Shown piece after piece: positions 1 through 9,448 of a stretch of 64,000 nt of DNA. How positions within the stretch are numbered: position 1 is the first letter of the stretch; each line of letters begins with the position of its first letter. The DNA is from Gemmatimonadales bacterium (GTDB lineage Bacteria; Gemmatimonadota; Gemmatimonadetes; Gemmatimonadales; GWC2-71-9): the NCBI GenBank assembly GCA_041577295.1, contig JBFGJG010000014.1, forward strand, positions 1 to 64,000, in the 5' to 3' direction. The notes beneath the pieces were generated by a model. It searched no databases and was not told where the DNA came from. It saw nothing but the letters and a program-made list of their open reading frames with translations. The translations under genes were made by a program, and so were the position numbers.

Positions 1-113
1 AGATCGCGCGTCTGTGTTTTGGCAATCCGTTCCCGGGCGAGGCGTCGTTGCAGCTCGAGTGCGTCACCGTACCCCATGCGTTCGAGGCCGACTACCGTCA
101 GCTCGGTGCTCAT
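1..113 (-). CDS. lipB: Lipoyl(octanoyl) transferase, N-terminal fragment (runs off window)
   Basis: Not in ORF track. Manual translation from ATG 113: MSTELTVVGLERMGYGDALELQRRLARERIAKTQTRD, matching the LipB N-terminus (Y..A.ELQ). ATGA overlap with the upstream stop; sits downstream of the PDH genes. Confidence 0.8.
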   Translation of the reverse strand, partial: MSTELTVVGLERMGYGDALELQRRLARERIAKTQTRD

Positions 114-508
114 CGATGCGCCGCGCGCTTGGCTGCCCTGCCTGCGATGACCGCGGCCACTGCAAGCAAGGCGAGATAGACCGAAAGCCCTCTGATTCCG
201 GTGAACATGTCGGTGACAGTGGCGCCGACCGCCAGCAGCGACGCGCCAAACACGGAGAGGGCGGCTACCACACCACGGCGCCACGTGTCGTTGATGGGAC
301 GTCCAAGCAACCAGCCGGAAAGGACCGCACCGACGATGCCCAGCACGATGGTGACGCTGAGGATGGCAAACCCGGTGTCCGCGGTGAGTGCGGCCCCGTT
401 CCGGGCTTGCATGGCCCGTAACGTAACGACGCCCGATGTCATGATCGCCGCACCAGCGGCCGCTCCGGAGGTGATGCTCGCCAACGCGACTCCAATGAGG
501 TCCGCCAT
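110..508 (-). CDS. Hypothetical membrane protein (about 4 TM segments)
   Basis: ORF 110..511 with ATG at 508; several hydrophobic helices; packed between lpdA and lipB. Confidence 0.7.
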   Translation of the reverse strand: MADLIGVALASITSGAAAGAAIMTSGVVTLRAMQARNGAALTADTGFAILSVTIVLGIVGAVLSGWLLGRPINDTWRRGVVAALSVFGASLLAVGATVTDMFTGIRGLSVYLALLAVAAVIAGRAAKRAAHR

Positions 509-515
509 CAATCAA

Positions 516-1910
516 CTACGCGTGGAGCATTCGCCCCAACGAGTCCAAGGCGGCCTCGGCCACGGCCTCGGAGAGGGTGGGATGGGCGTGCACGGCGAGA
601 TCGATCTCTTCCACGGTGTACTCGTTCTCTCGTGCCACCGTCAGCTCGTGGATCAGCTCACTAGCGTGGGACGCAACGATATGCGCACCGAGAATCTCGC
701 CGTACTTCTTGTCGCGGATGATCTTGACGAACCCATCCGTCTCCTTGGCGGCACGCGCCCGGCCGTTGTTGCTGAGGGAGAATTTGCCCACGACGTAGTC
801 CAGCTTCTTCTCCTTACATTGATCTTCGTTGAGCCCGATGCTCGCGACTTCTGGGTGGCAGTACGTGACACTCGGAACGTTGTCATACTTGATGGCGTGG
901 GGCCGCTTGCCCGCGATGACCTCTGCCACCACGATTCCCTCGCGGCTCCCCTTGTGTGCCAGCATGGGCGGGCCGGCGACGTCACCGATGGCGTAAACGC
1001 CGTCCGCCGTGGTTCGCAGATTGTTGTCTACCTTGATGAATCCCCGCTCGTCGAGTTTCACACCCGCCGCGTCGAGTCCAACATTCTCCACGTTGAGCGC
1101 GCGGCCGGCTGCCATGAGTACTTTTTCCGCCTGCAGTTGCTGGCTCTTTCCCTCGGCTTCGATCTCCAGCGACACGCCCTTGGCGGACACCTTGGCTCCC
1201 TTGACTTTGGCGCTGGTGAACAGGTCGATCCCTCGTTTCTGATACACTTTGGCGATCGCGGCCGAGGACTCCGGATCCTCCATCGGCAGCACGCGTGGAA
1301 GCACCTCGATCACGGTGACCTTCGATCCGAAGGCGCTGTAGATGTCGGCAAACTCCATCCCGACGGCCCCGGCTCCCACGATGGCGAGCGATGCCGGTGT
1401 GTCCTGCAAAAACAGCGCTTCATCTGAGGAGATCACCGTGGTCTTGTCGAGCTCGAGTCCTACCTGAGGCAGTCCTTTGACACGCGTGCCCGTTGCGATG
1501 ACCAGCGCCTTGGATGCAGTGTATGTGTCCTTGGCGACTTGAACCTTGCGGGGCGCCAGCAGCTTCCCCTCACCTTTGAGCACGGTGACCTTGTTTTTCT
1601 TCATCAAAAACTCGACACCCTTGGAGTTCTGCTCGGCCACCTGACGGGAGTGCTTGATGGCGGTCCCGAAGTTGAGGGACATGTCCTTCACGGAAATCCC
1701 CAAGCTCTCGGCGTCGTGCTTCACGAGGTTGGCGACGTAGGCGGAGTGGAGCAGCGCCTTACTCGGAATACAGCCAACGTTCACGCACACACCTCCCAGC
1801 TTCTCTTTCTCGACCACCGCGGTGGAGAGTCCCAGCTGTGCCGAGCGGATGGCGCATACGTAACCGGCAGGTCCACCTCCGAGTACGATCACGTCGAATG
1901 TGTTGGCCAT
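516..1910 (-). CDS. lpdA: Dihydrolipoyl dehydrogenase (E3)
   Basis: GGGPAG FAD motif, GGVCVNVGCIPSK redox disulfide, GAGAVG NAD motif, HAHPTLSE. Confidence 0.97.
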   Translation of the reverse strand: MANTFDVIVLGGGPAGYVCAIRSAQLGLSTAVVEKEKLGGVCVNVGCIPSKALLHSAYVANLVKHDAESLGISVKDMSLNFGTAIKHSRQVAEQNSKGVEFLMKKNKVTVLKGEGKLLAPRKVQVAKDTYTASKALVIATGTRVKGLPQVGLELDKTTVISSDEALFLQDTPASLAIVGAGAVGMEFADIYSAFGSKVTVIEVLPRVLPMEDPESSAAIAKVYQKRGIDLFTSAKVKGAKVSAKGVSLEIEAEGKSQQLQAEKVLMAAGRALNVENVGLDAAGVKLDERGFIKVDNNLRTTADGVYAIGDVAGPPMLAHKGSREGIVVAEVIAGKRPHAIKYDNVPSVTYCHPEVASIGLNEDQCKEKKLDYVVGKFSLSNNGRARAAKETDGFVKIIRDKKYGEILGAHIVASHASELIHELTVARENEYTVEEIDLAVHAHPTLSEAVAEAALDSLGRMLHA

Positions 1911-2008
1911 TGAAGTCCTAGGTTCAGGGTTGTTCGATCATGTCTTTTCGAATAGCGGGATCGGCGGGTCGGCGGGGTCGCGGTGGGACGGCGAGTGAGT
2001 CGCCGTGC

Positions 2009-3295
2009 TCACCAGACGATTGCCAGTGGATTCTCGAGCATCTGACTCACCGATTGGAGGAACCGTGCGCCAGTAGCACCGTCGATGACTCGATGATCGC
2101 AGCTCATCGTGATCCGCATACGCTTGCGTACGACGACGCTACCCTCGTGCGCCACCGGCTTTTCGGTGATGGCGCCGATGGCCAATATCCCCGCCTCCGG
2201 CGGGTTGATCACAGCCGTGAACTGATCGATGTCGAGCATGCCGAGGTTCGAAACGGAGAAGGTGGCACCGGTATACTCTTCCGGTGTGAGTTTCCGTGCC
2301 CGCGCGCGTTCGGCAAGCTCCCTGGCCTCCCGACCGATCTCACGCAAGGACTTCTGGTGCGCATTCCGGATGACGGGTGTGATCAGCCCCTCGTCGATGG
2401 CGACGGCCATCCCAATATGCACCTCGTTGAAGTAACGGATGTGATCACCCTGCCACCACGCGTTGCACGCGCGATGCCGCGTGAGCGCCATGGCGACGAT
2501 CTTCAGAATGATGTCGTTGAACGAGATCTTCGGTTCTTCGCCGAGAGCGTTGAGCGCTTGCCGAGCGTCTGCCGTGCGCTCCATGTCCACCTCGGCCGTC
2601 AGGAAGAAATGCGGAATGGGACCGATCGACTCCACCAGGCGCTTCGCGATGGTCTTCCGCATCTGGGAGAGCCCGACGTCCTCGTATCCGTCCGCGGCGT
2701 AGACTGGAGCGGGCGCAGCGCGCGGCGCTCGCTCGGCCGCCTCGACATCCCGTTGGATGATTCGCCCAGCCGGTCCCGTACCTCGGATGATGGTCAGATC
2801 GATCCCGCGCTCGGCGGCGATCCGGCGTGCGAGTGGCGATGCTTTGACCCGCTCCGCAACGGTGATACCGCCACCGCCTGGCGCCGGTGCCGGCGTCGTG
2901 GCGGGAGCAGGCGTTGGGGCACGGCTCGGCTCACGCGGACGCTCGGCAGGTGCTGCCGCCGGTGTGCGCTTGGCAGCCACTGGTTCATCCGCCGTTTCGT
3001 GTTGCGATCCCCGCTTGCCGTCTCCAGCTTCGCCAAGCAGTTCCGTGATGTCTTCATCGGGAGCCGCGATCACGGCAACCAACTTCCCGACCTCGACCGT
3101 CGCACCTTCCGCCGCCAACACCTTGCGCAATACTCCATCACCGCGGGCCTGGAGCTCCATGACAGCCTTGTCGGTCTCCACCTCCGCGAGCACGTCACCG
3201 GTCTTGACCGCGTCACCCTCGTTCTTTTCCCACGACACCACCTTGCCCTCTTCCATCGTGGGCGACAGCGCCTCCATGAACACCTTGGTAGCCAT
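2009..3295 (-). CDS. pdhC: Pyruvate dehydrogenase E2 dihydrolipoamide acetyltransferase
   Basis: Single lipoyl domain (ETDKA), Ala/Pro linker, E3-binding ASPLARR..GTGPAGRI, catalytic DHRVIDG. Confidence 0.95.
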   Translation of the reverse strand: MATKVFMEALSPTMEEGKVVSWEKNEGDAVKTGDVLAEVETDKAVMELQARGDGVLRKVLAAEGATVEVGKLVAVIAAPDEDITELLGEAGDGKRGSQHETADEPVAAKRTPAAAPAERPREPSRAPTPAPATTPAPAPGGGGITVAERVKASPLARRIAAERGIDLTIIRGTGPAGRIIQRDVEAAERAPRAAPAPVYAADGYEDVGLSQMRKTIAKRLVESIGPIPHFFLTAEVDMERTADARQALNALGEEPKISFNDIILKIVAMALTRHRACNAWWQGDHIRYFNEVHIGMAVAIDEGLITPVIRNAHQKSLREIGREARELAERARARKLTPEEYTGATFSVSNLGMLDIDQFTAVINPPEAGILAIGAITEKPVAHEGSVVVRKRMRITMSCDHRVIDGATGARFLQSVSQMLENPLAIVW

Positions 3296-3306
3296 GGTCT
3301 CTGGGA

Positions 3307-4290
3307 TCAGTCGAGATAGGCGACGCGCTTTACCGCGTCGACAACGGCTGCGGGGCTCGGTTTGGTGGCCCGCTCGAGCTTCTTGTTGTACGGCATCGGA
3401 ACATCCGCTCCCGTCACGCGCTCGACTGGCGCGTCGAGATCGTCAAACGCATCGCGCTGAATCTCAAACGCCACCTGCGCGCCGACACCGCAAAACGGCC
3501 AGCCCTCTTCCACGATGACGCACCGGTTGGTTTTCTGCACGCTCTGAACGATCGCTTGGCTGTCGAGTGGCCGAATCGTGCGTAAGTCAACCACCTCGGC
3601 CGAGATGTCGTGTTCCTCCTCCAACTGCTGAGCCGCTTTCATTCCCACGGCCACCGTTTTCGAGTGGACGATCACCGTCACATCGGTGCCCTCCCGCTTG
3701 ACGTCTGCCACACCCAGTGGAACCACGTACTCCTCCTCCGGCACTTCTCCCTTCGTGTTGTACAGCATCTCACCTTCGAGGAACACGACTGGGTTGTCAT
3801 CGCGGATGGCGGACTTGAGCAACCCTTTCGCATCGTACGGTGTGGCAGGGGCCACCACCTTGAGTCCCGGGACGTGCGCGTACCACGACTCGAACGCCTG
3901 GGAGTGTTGGGCGCCCAGCTGGAGCGCGGCGCCACCGGGACCGCGGAACACGATCGGGATGGGCATTTGCCCGCCGGACATGTAGAGCATCTTGGCGGCC
4001 GAGTTCACGACCTCGTCGATCGCGAGCAGGGCAAAGTTCCAGGTCATGAACTCGATGATCGGTCGCAGTCCCACCATGGCCGCGCCGACGCCGACACCGG
4101 CAAACCCGAGCTCGGCGATCGGGGTGTCGACGACTCGCTGCTCTCCGAAACGCTCGAGCAAGCCACGGCTGACCTTGTAGGCGCCCTGATAAACGCCCAC
4201 TTCTTCACCCATGAGGAAGACGTTGGGATCCCGCTCCATCTCCTCGCGGAGCGCCTGATTGAGAGCGTCGCGATACGTAACCGTTGACAT
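3307..4290 (-). CDS. pdhB: Pyruvate dehydrogenase E1 beta subunit
   Basis: GEEVG.YQGAYKVS, DTPIAE, EFMTWNF, QHSQ motifs. Confidence 0.95.
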   Translation of the reverse strand: MSTVTYRDALNQALREEMERDPNVFLMGEEVGVYQGAYKVSRGLLERFGEQRVVDTPIAELGFAGVGVGAAMVGLRPIIEFMTWNFALLAIDEVVNSAAKMLYMSGGQMPIPIVFRGPGGAALQLGAQHSQAFESWYAHVPGLKVVAPATPYDAKGLLKSAIRDDNPVVFLEGEMLYNTKGEVPEEEYVVPLGVADVKREGTDVTVIVHSKTVAVGMKAAQQLEEEHDISAEVVDLRTIRPLDSQAIVQSVQKTNRCVIVEEGWPFCGVGAQVAFEIQRDAFDDLDAPVERVTGADVPMPYNKKLERATKPSPAAVVDAVKRVAYLD

Positions 4291-4291
4291 A

Positions 4292-5290
4292 TCAGTCGCG
4301 ATACACGTCGGTGAACAGTTCTTCGTCGTCCGGATCAGCGCTGTCCTCGGAGAACTTCACCGCGTCCTCGACCTCCTCCTCGATGTCTGCGACCATGCGA
4401 TCGTTGGTCTCCTGATCCAGCAATCCCTCATCGAACAACCGCTGCCGGAAGCTCTCGATGGGATCGCGTTGCTTTTGTTCCTCGAGCTCTTCCTTCGTCC
4501 GATAGTGTCCGTGAATTGGATCGGCCATGGAGTGACCCATGTACCGATACGTCCTGGCCTCGATCAGGGTTGGCAGGCCTTCGTTTCGCGCGCGGTCGAC
4601 GGCGCGTTTGGTGGAGTCGTACATCGCTAGCACGTCCATCCCATCCGCCGTCTCCGACGCCATGTCGTACGAGCACGCCCGATGCGCAATGTCCCACACC
4701 GCCGACGCCCGCTCCAGGGCGGTGCCCATTCCGTAGCGGTTGTTCTCGCACAAGAATATGGCCGGTAGCTTCCACAGCGCCGCCATGTTGAGCGTCTCGT
4801 GAAACGCGCCAATGTTGACCGCCGCCTCACCAAAAAAGCAGAGCGTGACTTGCGAGGTACCGCGATACTTTGCGGCGAACGCCGTTCCCGCCGCGAGTGG
4901 GATGTGTCCTCCCACGATCGCGTGTCCGCCCAGAAAGCCGCGTGACACGTCGAACAGATGCATCGACCCACCTTTCCCACGCGCACAGCCCGTCACGCGC
5001 CCGTACAGCTCTGCCATCACCTCACGCGCACCCATACCCCGTGCGAGAGCGTGTCCGTGCTCGCGATAGCTCGCCAGGATATAGTCGTCATCCCCCAGCG
5101 CTGCGATGCCGCCCACCGCCACGGCCTCCTGACCGATGTAGAGGTGGCAGAACCCGCCGATCTTGCCCTGCGCATACGCTTCGCCTGCCCGTTCCTCGAA
5201 GCGGCGGATGAGCAGCATCTGACGCAGGAGATGCCGATAGAACTCGGCGCGTTCCGCGTCTAATTCCGAAAAGGTCGCCGGCTGAGCCAT
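4292..5290 (-). CDS. pdhA: Pyruvate dehydrogenase E1 alpha subunit
   Basis: GFCHLYIGQEA, GKGGSMH, TPP motif variant GEAA...CENN, YRYMGHSMAD. Confidence 0.95.
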   Translation of the reverse strand: MAQPATFSELDAERAEFYRHLLRQMLLIRRFEERAGEAYAQGKIGGFCHLYIGQEAVAVGGIAALGDDDYILASYREHGHALARGMGAREVMAELYGRVTGCARGKGGSMHLFDVSRGFLGGHAIVGGHIPLAAGTAFAAKYRGTSQVTLCFFGEAAVNIGAFHETLNMAALWKLPAIFLCENNRYGMGTALERASAVWDIAHRACSYDMASETADGMDVLAMYDSTKRAVDRARNEGLPTLIEARTYRYMGHSMADPIHGHYRTKEELEEQKQRDPIESFRQRLFDEGLLDQETNDRMVADIEEEVEDAVKFSEDSADPDDEELFTDVYRD

Positions 5291-5308
5291 GGTGTCGTGT
5301 CGCTTGGG

Positions 5309-6229
5309 TTAGACCGCCGCCGCGTGCTGGACCTGTTCCCACGCGTGGTATGATGACCGAACGAGGGGCCCCGCTTCGACATGACGGTAGCCTATGTCCC
5401 GTCCGATCTCGCGCAGCTGCGCGAACTCATCGGGCGTGTAGTAGCGGCTGATCGGAAGGTGGTCTTTCGATGGCCTGAGATATTGACCGAGCGTGAGGAT
5501 GTCGACGCCCTGATCGGCCAGATCGCGCATTGCGACGATCAGCTCATCCCATTCCTCCCCAAGTCCGCAGATTATCCCGGACTTGGTGAGGAGGTCGGGC
5601 GCCATTTCCTTGGCGCGCCGCAACAGCGTGAGCGCACGATCGTAGCGCCCGCCCGGCCGCGCGATGCGGTAGAGCCGTTCGATCGTTTCCAAATTGTGGT
5701 TGAGGATGTCGGGCCTAGCATCCACCACGAGGCGTAGTGCCTTTTCGGATCCCTTGAAATCCGGGATGAGCAATTCGATGGAAGCTTCCGGGAGGCGCTT
5801 GCGGATCTCCTCCACGCAGCCCGCGAAGATTTCGGCACCGCCAAGCGGGAGATCGTCACGGTCTACACTCGTGATGACCACGTGCCGCAGCGCCATGGCC
5901 GCGACCGCCTCCGCCAAGCGGCGCGGTTCTTCCTGATCGTACGGCGCAGGCGTCCCGTGCGCCACTGCGCAGTAGGCGCAGTTTCGCGTGCACACGTCAC
6001 CCAACACCATGAATGTGGCCGCGCGGTGTTCCCAACATTCGCCGATGTTGGGGCAATGCGCCTCTTCGCACACCGTGTGCAGGTCGAGGTCCCGCATTAA
6101 CCGTTTGACCTCGACGTAGTTGGGCCCACCCGGCGCCTTGACCTTCAGCCACGGCGGTTTCCGCTGCGGTTTGATGGTCGGGGGGCTGCCAGCTGCAGTG
6201 CGACGGGTGGAAAGCTGAACTAGCTCCAT
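5309..6229 (-). CDS. lipA: Lipoyl synthase
   Basis: CEEAHCPNIGEC auxiliary cluster motif, CTRNCAYC radical-SAM motif, RSSY. Start moved to ATG 6229 (MELVQL), because the longer ORF overlaps the upstream gene. Confidence 0.95.
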   Translation of the reverse strand: MELVQLSTRRTAAGSPPTIKPQRKPPWLKVKAPGGPNYVEVKRLMRDLDLHTVCEEAHCPNIGECWEHRAATFMVLGDVCTRNCAYCAVAHGTPAPYDQEEPRRLAEAVAAMALRHVVITSVDRDDLPLGGAEIFAGCVEEIRKRLPEASIELLIPDFKGSEKALRLVVDARPDILNHNLETIERLYRIARPGGRYDRALTLLRRAKEMAPDLLTKSGIICGLGEEWDELIVAMRDLADQGVDILTLGQYLRPSKDHLPISRYYTPDEFAQLREIGRDIGYRHVEAGPLVRSSYHAWEQVQHAAAV

Positions 6230-6321
6230 AGGTGGTCGAAACATAGCTGGCCGGTTGGAGCCAGACCAGCGGCCGTCCACCAAATTCATCCGTTTGGTTG
6301 AACGAGGCTGTCTCGGAGTAC

Positions 6322-7431
6322 TCAGGCTGTCCAGAACCGGCCGGGGTCGAGCGGTTGGAGGTCGTATTCCGTGTCCTCGTTGAGGAACAATCTGGCCAGC
6401 ATCTCGCCGGTGATGCCCGCCCACAACACGCCATTGCGGCCGTGACCGGTAGCATACCACAGGTTGGTAATCTCAGGGTCTCGGCCTAGCATGGGGCGCC
6501 CATCCGGTGTCCCGGGTCGCAATCCCGCCCATGTGCGGCGCACCTGCGACCCGCCCAACTTCGGGTACAGACGACACGCGGTCCCCAGAATGCTCGCGAT
6601 CCCGTCCTGGGTCACGCTCGTATCGAAGCCGACGTGTTCCATGGTCGATCCCGCCACGGCCTCGTCTCCGCGGTTGAGCACGTACCCACCGGCTCCGTAC
6701 GCGATGGCACGTGGCTCGTTGTCCGGCCAATCGAGTGCCAGCATCTGGCCACGGATCGGTTCGACGGATACGGGACGGGGCAGTCCGCCGATCCGGCCGG
6801 ACCAACAGCCGGCCGCGAGGACCAACGCGCCTCCCGCGCGGTGATCGGCCGTGGTGCGCACGCCGGTAATGCGCTTGCCACGGATCGTGATCTCCTCGAC
6901 CCGCTCGCCTTTCACGAGTACGGCGCCCCGCGCTTCGGCGCTATCCAGGAGTGCGTCGAGCAGGAGCGTTGGCTCGAGTGCACCATCTTCAGGGGCGAGG
7001 GCGGCTCCCAACGCATCGGGCGCGATACCGGGCGCCCGGTTCCGCAGCTCGTCCGGGGTGAGCCAGTCCGCGGTGAATCCACTCTGCCGTTGCCACGCGA
7101 CTTTGTTCCGTGCCGCGCCTGCTTCTTCCTCGGTGAAGCACACGTCGAGGATGCCGTCGGTCCACAAACCGATGTCGATTCCGGTCTCGTCGCGCAGTGC
7201 GGGCCCGAGCTCCCGGTAGAGATCGCGCGCGCGCACAGCGAGGCTGAGCACCGGGTCCTCGGGCAGCGCTTCCGCGAACGGGGCCAGCATCCCCGCGGCC
7301 GCCTGGGTGGCGGCCCCCTGCTTTGGGCCGGCCTCCAGCACCGTGACGGTCACCCCGCGGTGTGCTAGCGCCCGGGCACAGGCCGCGCCCACGATCCCAC
7401 CTCCAACCACCAGGACCTCAGGAATGGCCAT
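6322..7431 (-). CDS. thiO: Glycine oxidase ThiO-like FAD-dependent oxidoreductase (DAO family)
   Basis: GGGIVG FAD motif, AAAGML, PIRGQ, WAGLRP, GHGRNG. Confidence 0.8.
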   Translation of the reverse strand: MAIPEVLVVGGGIVGAACARALAHRGVTVTVLEAGPKQGAATQAAAGMLAPFAEALPEDPVLSLAVRARDLYRELGPALRDETGIDIGLWTDGILDVCFTEEEAGAARNKVAWQRQSGFTADWLTPDELRNRAPGIAPDALGAALAPEDGALEPTLLLDALLDSAEARGAVLVKGERVEEITIRGKRITGVRTTADHRAGGALVLAAGCWSGRIGGLPRPVSVEPIRGQMLALDWPDNEPRAIAYGAGGYVLNRGDEAVAGSTMEHVGFDTSVTQDGIASILGTACRLYPKLGGSQVRRTWAGLRPGTPDGRPMLGRDPEITNLWYATGHGRNGVLWAGITGEMLARLFLNEDTEYDLQPLDPGRFWTA

Positions 7432-7508
7432 GACGGTGCTCTCGGTCGAAACCGGGGTGGCGATTGGTCCGTAGGGAAAAACGGTGATCTCTGCCCTGGA
7501 GGACGCGC

Positions 7509-7727
7509 ATGCTTCGGAGTCTCATGGGTTTCGCCGTACTCGCCATCGTTGGGCTCTTGGGCGTCAAGCTGGTGTTTGGCCTGCTTGGATTCGTGTTTTC
7601 TTTGCTGAAGAGTCTCTTGTGGCTGGCCGTGATCGGCTTCCTCTTCTACCTCGTGCTCAGCGTGCTCAGCCCGCGCACGGCACGACGCATTCGCGAGATC
7701 TTCCGGGGCCAACCGGACGCTGCATAA
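7509..7727 (+). CDS. Small hypothetical membrane protein
   Basis: 72 aa, hydrophobic with a basic tail; GGAGG SD upstream; fills an intergenic gap. Confidence 0.75.
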   Translation: MLRSLMGFAVLAIVGLLGVKLVFGLLGFVFSLLKSLLWLAVIGFLFYLVLSVLSPRTARRIREIFRGQPDAA

Positions 7728-7797
7728 GCAACCCTTCTGCCCATGGCAAATCAAGCGGGGCTCGGATCGTTATCCGAGCCCCGCCATCGTTGGCGGT

Positions 7798-8601
7798 CTA
7801 CTGTTGTGCGATGAGTTCCGGGGGAGGTGTCTCGGCGATTTCCTTCAACCGGAGCGTGATGGTGCCGAAGGGGAACTTTGACTTGAGCTGCACCACCACG
7901 CGCCGCTCGTCGTCGCTGATCCACATGCGCGGATCGCGGCTCTCCGACAGTATCCCTCGGCCTTGAATGATCGGCTGGACCACCATGCTGGGGAACCGGC
8001 CGGCCGGAACGTCCAGCGTGTCGCGCTCCACCACATTGAGGACCACAGGGTTCCGGTCTGGTCTGAAGTAGCGGTGGAACTCGTAGCGCTCCCCGGTGCG
8101 GAGCTCGGTGGCGCGCACGAAGTAAAAGAAGGCCAGATCGTCGAGCGGACGGGTCGACGTTGCTCCCCGGTCTTCCCTGATCTCACCATCTTTGCCTTCC
8201 CTGGTGGTCTCGGTGTAATAGCCGGAATCCGGGAAGATTTGGTATTCAGTGTAGCGTTCACTCCCGCCCTCGCGGAAATCCTGGACGAACCGGCGGGAGG
8301 CAAAATCCTCGAGACCAAACCACGAGTCCATACGGTCGTTCAACCGATAGATGGGTAGTCCGCCCTGCAGGACAAACACCACGTGCAAGGCCGGCGTGCC
8401 ATGGATCGTGTCCACACCGGCTACGTGGAGCATGGCCTTGCCCACGGTGAAGATTCCGTATCTGGCCTCGTAGATGAACGTCTCTCCCTCACGAAAATCT
8501 GGGCGCAGTGGTGCTTCCGCCGGCTCAGTTTGGGCCATAGCGGTTCCCACCGCTCCTGCCGCGAAGCACGCGCTCACGAGCGTCACGAGGGGGAGTCTCA
8601 T
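7798..8601 (-). CDS. Exported DUF3108-like protein
   Basis: Signal peptide MRLPLV...AMA|Q; GE...Y.ARYG..VG.A; W.SDD.RR.V.QL. ATG 8601 overlaps the upstream stop (ATGA). Confidence 0.7.
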   Translation of the reverse strand: MRLPLVTLVSACFAAGAVGTAMAQTEPAEAPLRPDFREGETFIYEARYGIFTVGKAMLHVAGVDTIHGTPALHVVFVLQGGLPIYRLNDRMDSWFGLEDFASRRFVQDFREGGSERYTEYQIFPDSGYYTETTREGKDGEIREDRGATSTRPLDDLAFFYFVRATELRTGERYEFHRYFRPDRNPVVLNVVERDTLDVPAGRFPSMVVQPIIQGRGILSESRDPRMWISDDERRVVVQLKSKFPFGTITLRLKEIAETPPPELIAQQ

Positions 8602-9344
8602 GCGCGTTGTACCGGCGTGTCCGGCGCTGGGATACGTAGGCGCCGGCCTGCGCGATAGAGCGCGAGCGCGGTGGTCCAAGCTTGGATCGGTTCGGCACGG
8701 GAGGAGGAGTCCACCTCGGAAAGCGGGACTGCCGCGATCTGCCGGGCGCGCACGGCCGCTCGAGCCACCAGCTCGGCGTTCGCACACCATCCTTCGGTCT
8801 CGAGCAACGGCGAGCTCTGTTGTCGGAAGCAGTGCTTGAGGGTGCTCAGTCGCACCAGGCACACCCCGGACGTCACGTCGCGTAACCCCGGGACGTTGAG
8901 CCCGGGTCGCAAGAGCCACGGGGCCCATCGCTGGACGATGCGCTCGCCCATTGGTCGAGCACCGCCCAGCGCCTCGCCAACCACGAGGTCGGCACCGGAC
9001 GCAAACCGTTTGACCAGGTCGGGGAGCACAGCAGGTGAGACGCCAAAATCTGCGGGCAGTGTGGCCGCGGCGTCCCGTTTGGGGCGGTCGGAGCGGTTCA
9101 CGGCATCGCGCAGCAACCCCTCCATGCTCGCGGCGTATCCGCTGCGCGCTTCGTTACGAAGGACCGTCATGGGGAGCGCCCGCTGATAGAGATCGAGTCG
9201 ATCCGGGGTCTCGTCCGTCGACCCGTCATCCGCCACCAGGAAGTGGTACTCCCACTTATGCTCCGACAGCACCTTGCGCACCTTCCACAGCACCAACCCC
9301 ACCGTCGGGGCGTTGTTGTGAGCTACCACACAAACGTAAATCAC
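8598..9344 (-). CDS. Glycosyltransferase family 2-like protein
   Basis: IYVCVVAHN and VADDGSTDET GT-A N-terminus; the DxD position reads LPAD. Confidence 0.75.
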   Translation of the reverse strand: MIYVCVVAHNNAPTVGLVLWKVRKVLSEHKWEYHFLVADDGSTDETPDRLDLYQRALPMTVLRNEARSGYAASMEGLLRDAVNRSDRPKRDAAATLPADFGVSPAVLPDLVKRFASGADLVVGEALGGARPMGERIVQRWAPWLLRPGLNVPGLRDVTSGVCLVRLSTLKHCFRQQSSPLLETEGWCANAELVARAAVRARQIAAVPLSEVDSSSRAEPIQAWTTALALYRAGRRLRIPAPDTPVQRA

Positions 9345-9448
9345 GGCCGAACATCCCCCTCAGTCAATGGCCTCTGGATCAATACAAGAAACTGGTTGAA
9401 AGGTTCAATCTAACTGCAGGAGCGGCGGGATTGGCGGCTCGTTACACC

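Noticed and set aside
1955..2006. G-rich short repeats and a small hairpin between pdhC and lpdA as a CRISPR or REP element
   Set aside because: Too short and irregular, with no repeat-spacer structure and no second copy seen in the window.
201..3319. Long + strand ORFs (201..1427, 1940..3319) and similar ones elsewhere (e.g. 19065..20255, 49352..50545, 55875..57029)
   Set aside because: Antisense shadows of well-supported genes, common in high-GC DNA, with no recognisable motifs.
5309..6460. N-terminal extensions of track ORFs (lipA, DUF3108, oppD/F/A, OMT, sbcD, groES, cyclase, ybbA, tesA)
   Set aside because: They overlap neighbouring genes. Shorter starts with stop/start coupling, SD or -10 support were chosen.
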